DNA from: Promethearchaeota archaeon
GTDB lineage: Archaea > Asgardarchaeota > Hermodarchaeia > Hermodarchaeales > Hermodarchaeaceae
DNA: 64,000 nt
Assembly (NCBI GenBank): GCA_048939245.1
Contig: JBHLPR010000007.1
Span: 74 to 64,073, forward strand
Direction: 5' to 3'
Both the position numbers and the translations under genes were made by a program. Numbering within the stretch: the stretch's first letter is position 1; each line of letters begins with the position of its first letter. Under the pieces are notes generated by a model. The model searched no databases, was not told the DNA's origin, and saw only the letters and a list, made by a program, of their open reading frames with translations. This document shows positions 9,467 to 19,152 of the stretch, in pieces.

Positions 9467-10483
9467 ATGACAGTACGCAATAACCTCGTCAGCGGTTTAA
9501 TCAAAGAAGAAGAATTTGCCGATGTCCCCGAAAATCTAGTCTTAATGGCAAATGATGTCTACAAAATCTATCAGACTGGTGAGATTGAAACCGTTGCTCT
9601 GCGTGGCGTGTCCTTCCAAATCTTCCAAGGTGAAATTGTGGCTGTTGTAGGACCCTCAGGAAGTGGAAAGACTACTCTGGTAAATCTTTTGGGCGGAAGC
9701 CTTCGACCTAGTGCTGGTCAAGTGTATTGGTCAAATATTAAACAAGACATAGCAAAACTGGATGAACGAATCATAACCAATGCTCGTCGAGGGTTTATTG
9801 GCTTCGTTTTCCAAGTTGACAATTTACTACCTCACTTAACAGCCAAACAAAACGTAGAATTAAGTGCCCGAATCGCAGGACTGTCAAAGACTTGGCGACG
9901 AGAGCGGGCAATCGGGCTTCTGGAAGCTGTTGGGCTCAAGCATCGCATGAATCATATTCCTGCCAAATTATCCGGGGGCGAACGTCAACGAGTGGCAATC
10001 GCTGGTGCGCTCATGAATAATCCTGCACTTGTTCTTGCTGATGAACCTACTGGCGATCTCGATCTTATCAACGCAGAAGAAATTCTTGACCTCTTCAAAG
10101 ACCTCAATGAACAATATGGAACCGCATTCCTCATAGTTACACACAGCCAATTAATCGCCTCCAAAGCTCGACGAACCCTAGAACTCCGCGATGGAATTAT
10201 CAGTGGGACACATGATGCAGGAGTTCACCTCAGACAACTTGAAAGAACCCGTGTGTTAGAAGTTGATAACCAAGATAGATTACCTCTCCCTAAGAATATT
10301 CTAAGGGACCTAGGGCTTCCCCGACGATTCCAAGTTGAGGTTGAAGAGGGACGAATTATCCTTACCCCCTCAACGGTTGAAGATGCGGTTGCTGTGAAAG
10401 TGCAATTAGTCACCTGCCGAATTTGTGGAAAACTCGTTAAATCCAATCGGGTAACATGTCCAGAATGCGGAACTGCGCTTTGA
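9467..10483 (+). CDS. ABC transporter ATP-binding protein with C-terminal AbrB/SpoVT-like domain and zinc ribbon, module 2
   Basis: Walker A GPSGSGKTT, signature LSGGERQR, Walker B LVLADEPTGDLD. Tail has RLPLPKNILRDLGLPRRFQVEVEEGRIILTP (nt ~10250-10366) and CRICG-x12-CPECG (10412-10465). ATG 9467 is preferred over the track start 9380, which overlaps the upstream permease. Confidence 0.85.
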   Translation: MTVRNNLVSGLIKEEEFADVPENLVLMANDVYKIYQTGEIETVALRGVSFQIFQGEIVAVVGPSGSGKTTLVNLLGGSLRPSAGQVYWSNIKQDIAKLDERIITNARRGFIGFVFQVDNLLPHLTAKQNVELSARIAGLSKTWRRERAIGLLEAVGLKHRMNHIPAKLSGGERQRVAIAGALMNNPALVLADEPTGDLDLINAEEILDLFKDLNEQYGTAFLIVTHSQLIASKARRTLELRDGIISGTHDAGVHLRQLERTRVLEVDNQDRLPLPKNILRDLGLPRRFQVEVEEGRIILTPSTVEDAVAVKVQLVTCRICGKLVKSNRVTCPECGTAL

Positions 10484-10515
10484 GAGTATGAAAACAGGAA
10501 GGAGCAAAGACACCT

Positions 10516-13500
10516 TTGGTTCATAAATCGGAAAAAAATGTCCAATCTCCGAGCACGGAGAAATCCACCTTCAATGCTTCCCAAAGGAAACCAAGGGATA
10601 GTAGTCTTAGTAGGCGGCTATATGTTACTAAGTATGTACTCAACGGGATCCGCCATCATAAACGCCGTTCCATCAGTTTACTCATTGGCATCATGATTGG
10701 AGTTGCCTTAATCAGTTCTGTCTTCGTATGGACTGAAACAGGTGCTCGTGTTGCGGTGGACGATTATTTCGCCAGCATCTCTTTCCACTACTATTGTGTT
10801 CAAAACCAAAGTCCAACCACAGATGATCCTCAAGCCATTTTTTCGGTGAAAGAATTTGTTGATACCCACGCAACGACACGAGCATCTCATGTTGTCTTTA
10901 GTTCAATTGCTCTAATTGATTCTACTTTTCTTAATCCCACTGATTACTATTTACCCTATGCCTACGCACGGGGAATCAAAGATTGTCAAGTCTTTTTTGT
11001 GGATAATGATTTCCTTGCCCGTGCTGAACGGTCTTTTCGGATTATTGATGGGCAATTCCGTCTATCTCTGGGAAGCGTTCTTGTGAGCCAACATGTGGTT
11101 GAAGACTTGGAAGAAGTAATAGGGCGGCAGGTTTCTGTGGGAAGTATAATTGATTTGTCTGTTGCTCAAAGATACCAGAACACAAGAACTATTGGAGCAC
11201 TTAATATAACTAATCTTGTTGGGTTACGCATTGGTGGCATTTACCAAGTTATTACCCACCTAGAACCCCTTCTTGAATCCTTTCCCACACAAAGTCGACG
11301 TAATTGGGATCCAATTCAGGATTCGGAAACAGTCTTCGGATGGTATGATAGTGTTATTGTCTCAAAGAACGTATTTGACAGTGACATCTATGATCAAATT
11401 GCTGTACATGTAATGTTTCCCCGCTTACTTGTTGAAATCATCCCTGCTAGCTTCTATTCTACTCGGTTGGAAGAGCTTCTCGTTGGGTTTGACGCATTGT
11501 TAACGGATATTCAGATGAATAATGATGTAACCGTTGGAGGACGGAATCAACTTCTCTTCTTGCAAGAATACATCGAAGTCTATTATGAAAGACAGACCAT
11601 GGTTTTCTTAGTTCTACCGATGGTGATTTTATCTGTTCTTCTCACAACCTTCACCGCTTCACTTTTCCTTTCGAATCGACGAACGGAACTGGGAATCCTA
11701 CGATCTCGTGGAACAAGCTATCAGCAACTCTATTCCATACTTATGATTGAATTCCTCGTTTTAGCTACAATCGGCACAGTTTTAGGAGGACTTCTTGGAA
11801 TTCTACTCGGTTGTTTGATTCCTTCGGCTTTTTCATTCCTAGCCTTCAACCCAGTGAGTATCTTCAGGCATCTTAGCTTAACATCAATTAATCTCACGGC
11901 CTGGGTTATAGCTGGAGTGGCCTGTATAGTACCCGCTACAATCTATATCTTCCAAAAGACCCGCTCCTTCCTACGGTCTGAAATATATGCCGAGCTTCGT
12001 GAAACCAATTCCAAGTGGAAAAGCAGTTCGAAATTCCAAGTTGCTTATGCATTTATTATAATACTGATTTCAATCCCTTTGACTTACGTTGTCCTGTCTA
12101 TTCCCATCACAACAGACATCGCTCTTATTTTCTTCATTTTTGTAATAGGATTTTGGATACTTCTTGCTGACGCTATTGCCCGTCTAATTCGACCCGGAAT
12201 AGCCACGTTTTCCAGATTATTCACTCCCGCAATTGGTCAAAAAAGCCAACTCTTTGTGAAGTCTTTAAGAGTGAAGCGAACTCGGGTTGTCCCCTTACTA
12301 ATGATTTTGCTCCTCACTTTCTCTATCACAATCTTTTCGGCTGTTGAAGCGCAGACCTATCAAATTCATCTCGATCAACAGATTAACTACTATGTTGGTG
12401 CAGATATCCATGTATATTCGGATCGTGTTTTTGCTAGCCGGATAAATGAAATTACTGCTCTCCCACAAATCGACACGGCGACAGCCTTTATTGAGGTTCA
12501 AGCTGAGATTGGAGAATCCGATTTAAAACTCATGGGTGTGAACCCATCAGCATATGCGGAGGTTGGGAACTGGGATGAGTCGAGTATGGTAGATGACGAT
12601 TATCGTGCGGTTTTCGCCCGACTAGCAGCTAATCGCAATGGAATCATCCTGCCTGCACATATCGCTACGCTCTACAATCGACGAGTTGGAGATACCATCC
12701 CTGTTCAAGTACGTGACCAACGGTCGTTAGTAGTCGACTACAAACTTTTTGATATTGTGGGAATTATGAACAAAGCTCCGGGGTTAGGCTATTCCAATCC
12801 CTCTGATCCCCAATTGGTGCCTACACCAAATCCTGGTTTTGGATTTCAAAAAAGTAATGCCTTCGCTTTGTGTCACCAGCATTACTTTCTGGTAGAAATT
12901 CCCTCATTCGATCCATACGCTGTTACTGATTCGACTCGATTATTTCTAGCAAAATTGAATCCTTCTCAAGACGTTCAAGCAGCTCAGGATGCTCTAGAAG
13001 ATCTTGAATTTATTTTTCAAACTTGGTCTCCCTATACTTTTGACTTAGAAGAAGCCTACTATGATGGTTACTTATTTTCGCAGGGAGTTATTGGGCTTCT
13101 CTCCGTGGGTTTTCTTGCCTCACTGGCTATTAGCGTGGTCGCTTTAACGGTTTTTGTCAGCATTATTGTATCCGAAAGAAAAACCGAGTATGCCATATTA
13201 CGTGCCTTGGGTGGGTCCCGACGCGATGTTACTTCAATGGTCTTTGTGGAGTTTGTTAGTCTTATTTTATTAGCATTTTTCTTCAGTGTAGTAGTTGGAG
13301 TTTCCTTCTCGTGGCTGCTGATGTTTGTAATTATCAAACTCTTTCCTCAGCCTTTTATCGTTCCGTTCACGATTATCTATCCCCTCAATCTTCTAATCGT
13401 GGTCTTAGGGTTTGTCGTTCTTGGATTATTGACAGGTGCTTACCTCCCTGCTCGTCGTGCTGGGCAAGTTCAGGTCAGTAGTTTGCTCCGTAATCTCTAG
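10516..13500 (+). CDS. Large FtsX/MacB-type ABC permease (994 aa), module 2, paralog of 6538-9447
   Basis: Same architecture and shared blocks with module 1 (SLLIGIMIGVAL, ARGIKD-QVFFVDN, APGLGY, PARRAGQVQVSSLLRNL). TTG start. Confidence 0.85.
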   Translation: MVHKSEKNVQSPSTEKSTFNASQRKPRDSSLSRRLYVTKYVLNGIRHHKRRSISLLIGIMIGVALISSVFVWTETGARVAVDDYFASISFHYYCVQNQSPTTDDPQAIFSVKEFVDTHATTRASHVVFSSIALIDSTFLNPTDYYLPYAYARGIKDCQVFFVDNDFLARAERSFRIIDGQFRLSLGSVLVSQHVVEDLEEVIGRQVSVGSIIDLSVAQRYQNTRTIGALNITNLVGLRIGGIYQVITHLEPLLESFPTQSRRNWDPIQDSETVFGWYDSVIVSKNVFDSDIYDQIAVHVMFPRLLVEIIPASFYSTRLEELLVGFDALLTDIQMNNDVTVGGRNQLLFLQEYIEVYYERQTMVFLVLPMVILSVLLTTFTASLFLSNRRTELGILRSRGTSYQQLYSILMIEFLVLATIGTVLGGLLGILLGCLIPSAFSFLAFNPVSIFRHLSLTSINLTAWVIAGVACIVPATIYIFQKTRSFLRSEIYAELRETNSKWKSSSKFQVAYAFIIILISIPLTYVVLSIPITTDIALIFFIFVIGFWILLADAIARLIRPGIATFSRLFTPAIGQKSQLFVKSLRVKRTRVVPLLMILLLTFSITIFSAVEAQTYQIHLDQQINYYVGADIHVYSDRVFASRINEITALPQIDTATAFIEVQAEIGESDLKLMGVNPSAYAEVGNWDESSMVDDDYRAVFARLAANRNGIILPAHIATLYNRRVGDTIPVQVRDQRSLVVDYKLFDIVGIMNKAPGLGYSNPSDPQLVPTPNPGFGFQKSNAFALCHQHYFLVEIPSFDPYAVTDSTRLFLAKLNPSQDVQAAQDALEDLEFIFQTWSPYTFDLEEAYYDGYLFSQGVIGLLSVGFLASLAISVVALTVFVSIIVSERKTEYAILRALGGSRRDVTSMVFVEFVSLILLAFFFSVVVGVSFSWLLMFVIIKLFPQPFIVPFTIIYPLNLLIVVLGFVVLGLLTGAYLPARRAGQVQVSSLLRNL

Positions 13501-13555
13501 GCTCCAGCCAGAACTGTAAGATGAAGATTTCAACGTCTAGACCGCGTAATTCATT

Positions 13556-13858
13556 CTAGGGGGTTTCTCGCTTCTCAAGTATACCCTCACGCCGCAATTC
13601 AAATACCACAATATTGTGGGGGTCGGGACACGCTACATAGGCGCGGTTAGGATCTGGTTCCCACGGTATTGTTCCACCAAATTCAAGTATGGTGATAAAG
13701 GGAAACATCGCATTATACGCCCACCGACAGATTTTCTCTTTTTCTTCAGGTTTGGAGAGATCGAATTCATCTCTGACTTTGTAAAGACGGCATGGGCTTT
13801 TACCTTTTTCAGCTCGCAATTCATGAACGCGGGCAATGATTCTATACACCTTCGGCAT
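13556..13858 (-). CDS. TIGR04076-like small Cys-containing protein
   Basis: 100-aa ORF with the pattern recalled for this family (G-x-SPC, CRWAYNAMFPF, ACPDPHNIVVFELRR). Assignment is from memory of the family, not searched. Confidence 0.55.
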   Translation of the reverse strand: MPKVYRIIARVHELRAEKGKSPCRLYKVRDEFDLSKPEEKEKICRWAYNAMFPFITILEFGGTIPWEPDPNRAYVACPDPHNIVVFELRREGILEKRETP

Positions 13859-13928
13859 TGATGATCACAGCTGCTCTCAGTGTCGATGCAAGTCATATCC
13901 TTTCATATTGTTCGAATTTCGTTGGTGT

Positions 13929-14663
13929 TTATCCCGTTCGTGTTATCAAGTCATCCCGATTAAATAGGCGAACGGCTACCCGGAATAGGATGATGTCTAC
14001 AATTATCAGGATGAGTGCTCCGATAATGAAGATGGTCCAGCCTAATCCAACAAAGAACCCAGAATATGCAAACACCATGGCTGGAAGTACAAGAACTCCA
14101 CCTGTTTGATAGGCCTCATAAACGGTATCGGCTCGTCCTGAAATGATAACCATTAATCCAACGGCGAGGATAGAGAATAAGATAGGAAGCAGGAGAGCTT
14201 GAACTAGAGACAGAAGATCCGGCCAAATCCACAAAAGAGAAGGAGCCATGAAGAAGACGACTCCATTGACAATTAAAACAGCAAGGGCAAGATTTCCATA
14301 GGATACAAGTAGCCCAGGAATAAGTGCAGTGAGGAACTTAGCCAGAAGCAACTCACCGTCTGACAACGGGGTGGCTAACAGTGGAACAAGTGTGTGCCGT
14401 TCCTTTTCTCCGACAATTGAATCTGCTGCTATAAGAATCGGAAGCATGACAGGTAGCATGATTACTACTGCTCCCATGATGCTGTTCATCATCACGCTAA
14501 AGGAAAAGGCGTCCATAATCTCCAAAGAGAGGAGCCACCAAGTCATTAAACCACCAAATGCCACCGACATAATTACGACAAGAATTGGAATCATACGAAC
14601 TTGACGACTTTTGAAAACCATGCGCATTTCTGCTCGTGCCATGAACCAGACTTTTTGCCGCAT
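13929..14663 (-). CDS. ABC-2 type transporter permease
   Basis: Multi-TM protein immediately downstream of an ABC ATPase. ATG 14663 is 1 nt after the ATPase stop. An alternative TTG at 14678 would overlap it. Confidence 0.7.
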   Translation of the reverse strand: MRQKVWFMARAEMRMVFKSRQVRMIPILVVIMSVAFGGLMTWWLLSLEIMDAFSFSVMMNSIMGAVVIMLPVMLPILIAADSIVGEKERHTLVPLLATPLSDGELLLAKFLTALIPGLLVSYGNLALAVLIVNGVVFFMAPSLLWIWPDLLSLVQALLLPILFSILAVGLMVIISGRADTVYEAYQTGGVLVLPAMVFAYSGFFVGLGWTIFIIGALILIIVDIILFRVAVRLFNRDDLITRTG

Positions 14664-14664
14664 C

Positions 14665-15606
14665 TTAGTTCCCCCCAATCACCTTGAGATAAACCGCTTC
14701 AAGATCGGGTATTCGTTCTCGCAGCTCTACCACCTTATGACCAGATTCTAGTAAGGCTTGGAGAATCTGGGGATTCTTGGTCTCCGGATCCTCAATATCG
14801 AATACAACCCGGGGGTCCTCAATGGCCACAGATTTGACTAGTCCAGTTGACTTGATAGTTTCAAGACTTTTTGATAAATCCTCATCAGCTAGTTGAAGTT
14901 CATAGGTTCGAACAGTCCAGAACTTACGTCGCAATTCTTTTGGTCGGCCAACTTCAACTAATTTACCTTTAGAAATGAATCCAACGCGATCACAGAGTGC
15001 TTCAACTTCAGATAGCAGATGTGTACAAAGAAAGAAGGTTTGCTGTCCCCCTGCAGCTTGCTTATCGATAAATTGCCGAACCCTCTTTGACATGATGGGG
15101 TCCAAACTGGATGTTGGCTCATCCAAAAAAACCACTGGAGGGTTATGAATCATCGAGCGTGCAATCGATAACTTCTGTTTTAATCCCGTTGAGAAGGTCG
15201 CCGGTGAATCGTTTTGTCGATCTGAAAGTTCAAGGAATTCCAACAACTCGGCTATTCGATTATCGAGCGCCTCTTCAGGAACATCATAAAGCCTCCCAAA
15301 ATATTGGAGATTTTGATACGCGGATAATCGGTCATAATGGGTTGTTGCGCCATCCTCCGGGAGCAGCCCGATAACCGATCGCACTTCTACTGGTTGTTTT
15401 TCAACATCATAGCCTTCGATGGAAATCGAACCCTTACTCGGTTCCAAAAGGGTTGCAGCAATTTTCACTGTGGTGGACTTTCCAGCTGCATTAGGACCTA
15501 AAAATCCAAAGACTTCTCCTCGACGCACATCGAGGGAAACCTCGTTGACCGCAGTTACTTTTTCGAACTGCTTAGTTACACCTGCCATTTCAATCGATAT
15601 AGCCAC
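14665..15606 (-). CDS. ABC transporter ATP-binding protein (ABC-2/CcmA-like)
   Basis: Walker A GPNAAGKST, signature FSTGLKQK, Walker B VVFLDEPTSSLD, plus a C-terminal accessory domain. Confidence 0.9.
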   Translation of the reverse strand: MAISIEMAGVTKQFEKVTAVNEVSLDVRRGEVFGFLGPNAAGKSTTVKIAATLLEPSKGSISIEGYDVEKQPVEVRSVIGLLPEDGATTHYDRLSAYQNLQYFGRLYDVPEEALDNRIAELLEFLELSDRQNDSPATFSTGLKQKLSIARSMIHNPPVVFLDEPTSSLDPIMSKRVRQFIDKQAAGGQQTFFLCTHLLSEVEALCDRVGFISKGKLVEVGRPKELRRKFWTVRTYELQLADEDLSKSLETIKSTGLVKSVAIEDPRVVFDIEDPETKNPQILQALLESGHKVVELRERIPDLEAVYLKVIGGN

Positions 15607-15820
15607 TTTGAACCCTCGCCTTGAACAAGCAGATATTCTGCTTAAGATGATTTTGGTTCAAACAAAACTTCCTGCTTGGCTTAAAATTCATCCTTTTATC
15701 AAAGATGCATTTGGAGTTTGAAGATATGATGTGGATGAAAACATCGTGCTACAGAAACCTTGGTTTGGTGCGAAACTTTAAGGCAAAAGCAGTAGATATC
15801 TTCCAGACCCGGTGGATTCC

Positions 15821-17041
15821 ATGAGCACTTCCATAACTTATGATTCACGCATCACTGCAAGACACCAGGTAATTCAAGATTTAATTTCTGCCAAACATGA
15901 TCTTATTGGCTATATTTACCCTCATGTGCCCCTTGAACTCTTTTTGGCTCATAATTTAACGCCTACTCTCCTCTGGGCTGACCCAAAAATTCCAGGAGCT
16001 TATGAATCAAGTCTGCAAACCTTCTGTTGTGCATATTCTCGAAATCTGTTCAGCCAACGCTCAAAAAACCATTTGCCCCCACTCAAAGGTATTGTTTTTC
16101 CCGGTGGTACGTGTGATTCATTGCAGAATCTGGGAGATGTCTGGCGGGCTCGATTTCCCAGTGACACAATTCTTCGATTAACTTATCCAGTGGCCAATGA
16201 TGGAGCCGCAATAACATATCTTAGCGAAGAGCTCCGCGAACTGAATAAACACCTGGAAATCACACTGGGCACACGATTCTCAATGGAAAAATATCAACAA
16301 GCAGTGGCGCTAATAGCGGAATTCCGCGCGGCATCACAATTTATCACTGCTGCGCGAATCCTCCAACCTTTACTCTATCCCTATCTTGAATATACCCAAT
16401 TAGTTCGCCAATTTCTCACTGCTCCCAATGTGCAACACCTTCAAGCAATCGAAGGCATTGCAAGCCACCTACAAGATGAGCTTCGAAAAACTCAGCAGCT
16501 ACCAACAGTTGAGGCACTTCGTTATGGGTTGCTCACAGGAAATCTTCCCGAACAAGTAGATATTCACACAAAAGACGACCCCCGAATAATGATAATGGGT
16601 GGCATGGTGGATCCCGAAGGTATTGCCATCCACTTCAACAATGCCAAAACCAATGCAAACCTAGAAGATGTAGAGATAACCTTCGATCTATTATCCTTTA
16701 CTTTTCGCACAACCTTTGCCAAAGCTCCCAATCTTCAAGGTGACCCTTTCAACGAAATGGCTCAAAGTATACTTTCTGCTCCTTCTGAACCTACTCAAGA
16801 AGGCTTGTCCGATCGGTTGGAATTCACCACCCAGATATTCGATCGTTTGAAGATATCGGGTCTAATAGTCTGTGAGCAATCGTTCTGTGATCCTGACCAA
16901 TTTGAGGTTCCGGACATCCTTAAACTTGCAGAAAAAAAGAAAATTCTCACCGTTCGCGTCCCATTGGACCCTGAATTCTCCGATCGTGCTCGATTGGAAG
17001 GTCGGCTTCAAAGTTTTCTCGAAACACTTACCGCAAGATGA
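15821..17041 (+). CDS. 2-hydroxyacyl-CoA dehydratase / benzoyl-CoA reductase family subunit (HgdB-like)
   Basis: Family-like N-terminus (IGYIYPHVPLELFLAHNLTP) and conserved Cys positions. ATG 15821 (GTG 15812 also possible). Its stop overlaps the next start (ATGA). Confidence 0.75.
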   Translation: MSTSITYDSRITARHQVIQDLISAKHDLIGYIYPHVPLELFLAHNLTPTLLWADPKIPGAYESSLQTFCCAYSRNLFSQRSKNHLPPLKGIVFPGGTCDSLQNLGDVWRARFPSDTILRLTYPVANDGAAITYLSEELRELNKHLEITLGTRFSMEKYQQAVALIAEFRAASQFITAARILQPLLYPYLEYTQLVRQFLTAPNVQHLQAIEGIASHLQDELRKTQQLPTVEALRYGLLTGNLPEQVDIHTKDDPRIMIMGGMVDPEGIAIHFNNAKTNANLEDVEITFDLLSFTFRTTFAKAPNLQGDPFNEMAQSILSAPSEPTQEGLSDRLEFTTQIFDRLKISGLIVCEQSFCDPDQFEVPDILKLAEKKKILTVRVPLDPEFSDRARLEGRLQSFLETLTAR

Positions 17042-18297
17042 TATGGAAAAAGGTGAATCATATGCCCCCTAAATCGACCGCTAACGCATCTGAAACCAAA
17101 GAAAAAGCCTATCGCAAACTTAACACTAGCAAGCTTCTCCGAGAAACAATGACCCTACATATCCTGAGTACTAAACAGGCATCTCAAGAAGGTCGATTAG
17201 CTTGGGTCACTTCGGGTTTTCCCGTCGAAATCCCGGTAGCTTTTGATGTCACAGCAGCTTATCCTGAACAATATGGCGCTATTGTTGGGTCTGAAAAATG
17301 TGGTCCATTACTTTGTGGGTTTGCTGAGGAACTGGGCTTTTCGCAAGAACTCTGTTCATACGCACGCTCAAGTATTGGGTCAGTCAAAAATCCTGATCAG
17401 AGCCCACTAACCGGGCTCCCGACACCACAGGCGCTTCTAGCCTGTAATAACATCTGTGGAACTGTGCTTCCTTGGTATGAAGCTGTATCTGAGATGACCG
17501 GTGCTCCGGTATACCTTGTGGACACTCCGCCTTTAGAAGGTAATCAATCTCCTCATCATCTTACTTATGTGAAGTCGAGTCTCGAAGGACTAATTGGTTT
17601 TTTAAGTCGAATTTTCTCCCGCGATTATGACGAAAAGAAATTACGTGCCGTTGCAGAAATATCGAATGAGGCTGTGGAATTGTGGACTCGCGCACTAGAA
17701 GCCTGCCGTAATAAACCCTCCCCCTTGAATTGTGCAGATCGATTTCTATCCATGGCCCCTATAGTCTCCTTAAGAGGAACCCCACAAGCCATCAGTTTTT
17801 ACCAGGCGTTTCTCGCGGAAGTGGAAGATCGTGTCAAAAATGGAATCGGTGCAATTGTCGATGAGCAAGTGCGGCTCCTTTGGGATAACATTCCACCGTG
17901 GTTTACCATCTACAATTTCTTCAACACGCTAGCGAAAAGGGGGGTGGTCTTCCCTGCCGACTCTTATACTCATGCCTGGTCTGCCAGCATCCCTCGCGGA
18001 GCAACAATCGAAAGTATTGCTAAAGTCTATTCCAATGTTTATCTCAATAAGGGGCTCAATGCGAAAATTGATAAAATGTGTACACTCATCAAAGACTACG
18101 ATTTAGAAGGATTTGTGCTGTTTTCAGTTCGTTCCTGTAAACGCTATTCCTTAGGACAAATGGTGACCAAAGAAGAAATTACACGAAGAACCGGTGTTCC
18201 TGGTGTCATAATCGAAGGTGACATGGTGGATAGCCAACAATACAGCGAAGCTCAAGCACAAACCCGAGTCGAAGCCCTCCTTGAAATGATAGTTTGA
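17038..18297 (+). CDS. 2-hydroxyacyl-CoA dehydratase family subunit (HgdA-like)
   Basis: Blocks LAWVTSGFPVEIPVAFDV, AYPEQYGA, CSYARS and GVPGVIIEGD are typical of the HGD-D family. Confidence 0.8.
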   Translation: MIWKKVNHMPPKSTANASETKEKAYRKLNTSKLLRETMTLHILSTKQASQEGRLAWVTSGFPVEIPVAFDVTAAYPEQYGAIVGSEKCGPLLCGFAEELGFSQELCSYARSSIGSVKNPDQSPLTGLPTPQALLACNNICGTVLPWYEAVSEMTGAPVYLVDTPPLEGNQSPHHLTYVKSSLEGLIGFLSRIFSRDYDEKKLRAVAEISNEAVELWTRALEACRNKPSPLNCADRFLSMAPIVSLRGTPQAISFYQAFLAEVEDRVKNGIGAIVDEQVRLLWDNIPPWFTIYNFFNTLAKRGVVFPADSYTHAWSASIPRGATIESIAKVYSNVYLNKGLNAKIDKMCTLIKDYDLEGFVLFSVRSCKRYSLGQMVTKEEITRRTGVPGVIIEGDMVDSQQYSEAQAQTRVEALLEMIV

Positions 18298-18309
18298 GAG
18301 CCGATAACA

Positions 18310-19098
18310 GTGGTTAGAAATTCCATCTTTGGCATTGGCATCGATGTGGGCTCAACTACAACGAAAGCGGTTCTGCTCGATGAAGATCATAAGGCTATTG
18401 CCCGTTTCCTCCTTGCTACTGGTGCTTCAGCTCAGAAGTCTGTACAACGCTGTTTAGACGAATTATCCGCGATAGCTCAAAGAGACCTCTCGGCTGTTCC
18501 CTCTATCAGTACCGGCTATGGTCGACGACAAGCCATTACTGCCCAAAAATCGGTGACTGAAATTACTTGCCAAAGTGTTGGTGTCCATTTTCTAAATCCT
18601 GAAATTCAAACCTTAATCGATATCGGAGGGCAAGATTCAAAGGTCATTCGCATTGGTTCAGACGGACGTCCCACCGATTTTGAGCTTAACGATAAATGTA
18701 GTGCAGGAACGGGGCGGTTCCTTGAAGTGATGGCCCAAGTCTTGGAAATCCCAATTGACGAGTTAGGTTCCCTTTCCCTCAAAGCCAAGACCCCTTCTAT
18801 CATCAGCAGTACCTGTACTGTTTTTGCTGAGAGCGAAGTCATCGGACATATCGGAACCGGACACGATCCTGCAGATATTGCTGCTGGTGTTCATAAAGCC
18901 ATGGCAACAAAAATTGCTACCCTCGCACGTAGGGTTGGAATCACACCTCCCATTTCAGTAACAGGCGGGGTCGCATTAAATCCCGGGTTCCGTCATTATC
19001 TGGGTCAAGAACTACATACCGATTTATGGGTTCCTCAAGAACCCCAATACACAGGGGCATTAGGTGCTGCTCTTCTCGCACTGCCAAAAGGTGAATGA
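18310..19098 (+). CDS. CoA-substrate-specific enzyme activase (BcrAD/BadFG/HgdC-type ATPase)
   Basis: Acetate/sugar-kinase fold motifs GIDVGSTTTKAVLLD, DIGGQDSKVI and CSAGTGRFLE (cluster-bridging Cys region). GTG start. Confidence 0.85.
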   Translation: MVRNSIFGIGIDVGSTTTKAVLLDEDHKAIARFLLATGASAQKSVQRCLDELSAIAQRDLSAVPSISTGYGRRQAITAQKSVTEITCQSVGVHFLNPEIQTLIDIGGQDSKVIRIGSDGRPTDFELNDKCSAGTGRFLEVMAQVLEIPIDELGSLSLKAKTPSIISSTCTVFAESEVIGHIGTGHDPADIAAGVHKAMATKIATLARRVGITPPISVTGGVALNPGFRHYLGQELHTDLWVPQEPQYTGALGAALLALPKGE

Positions 19099-19152
19099 GT
19101 AACAGTTATGGGCTGAAGAACCATCCTGCTCAGACATAGAGGATGTAAAAGC

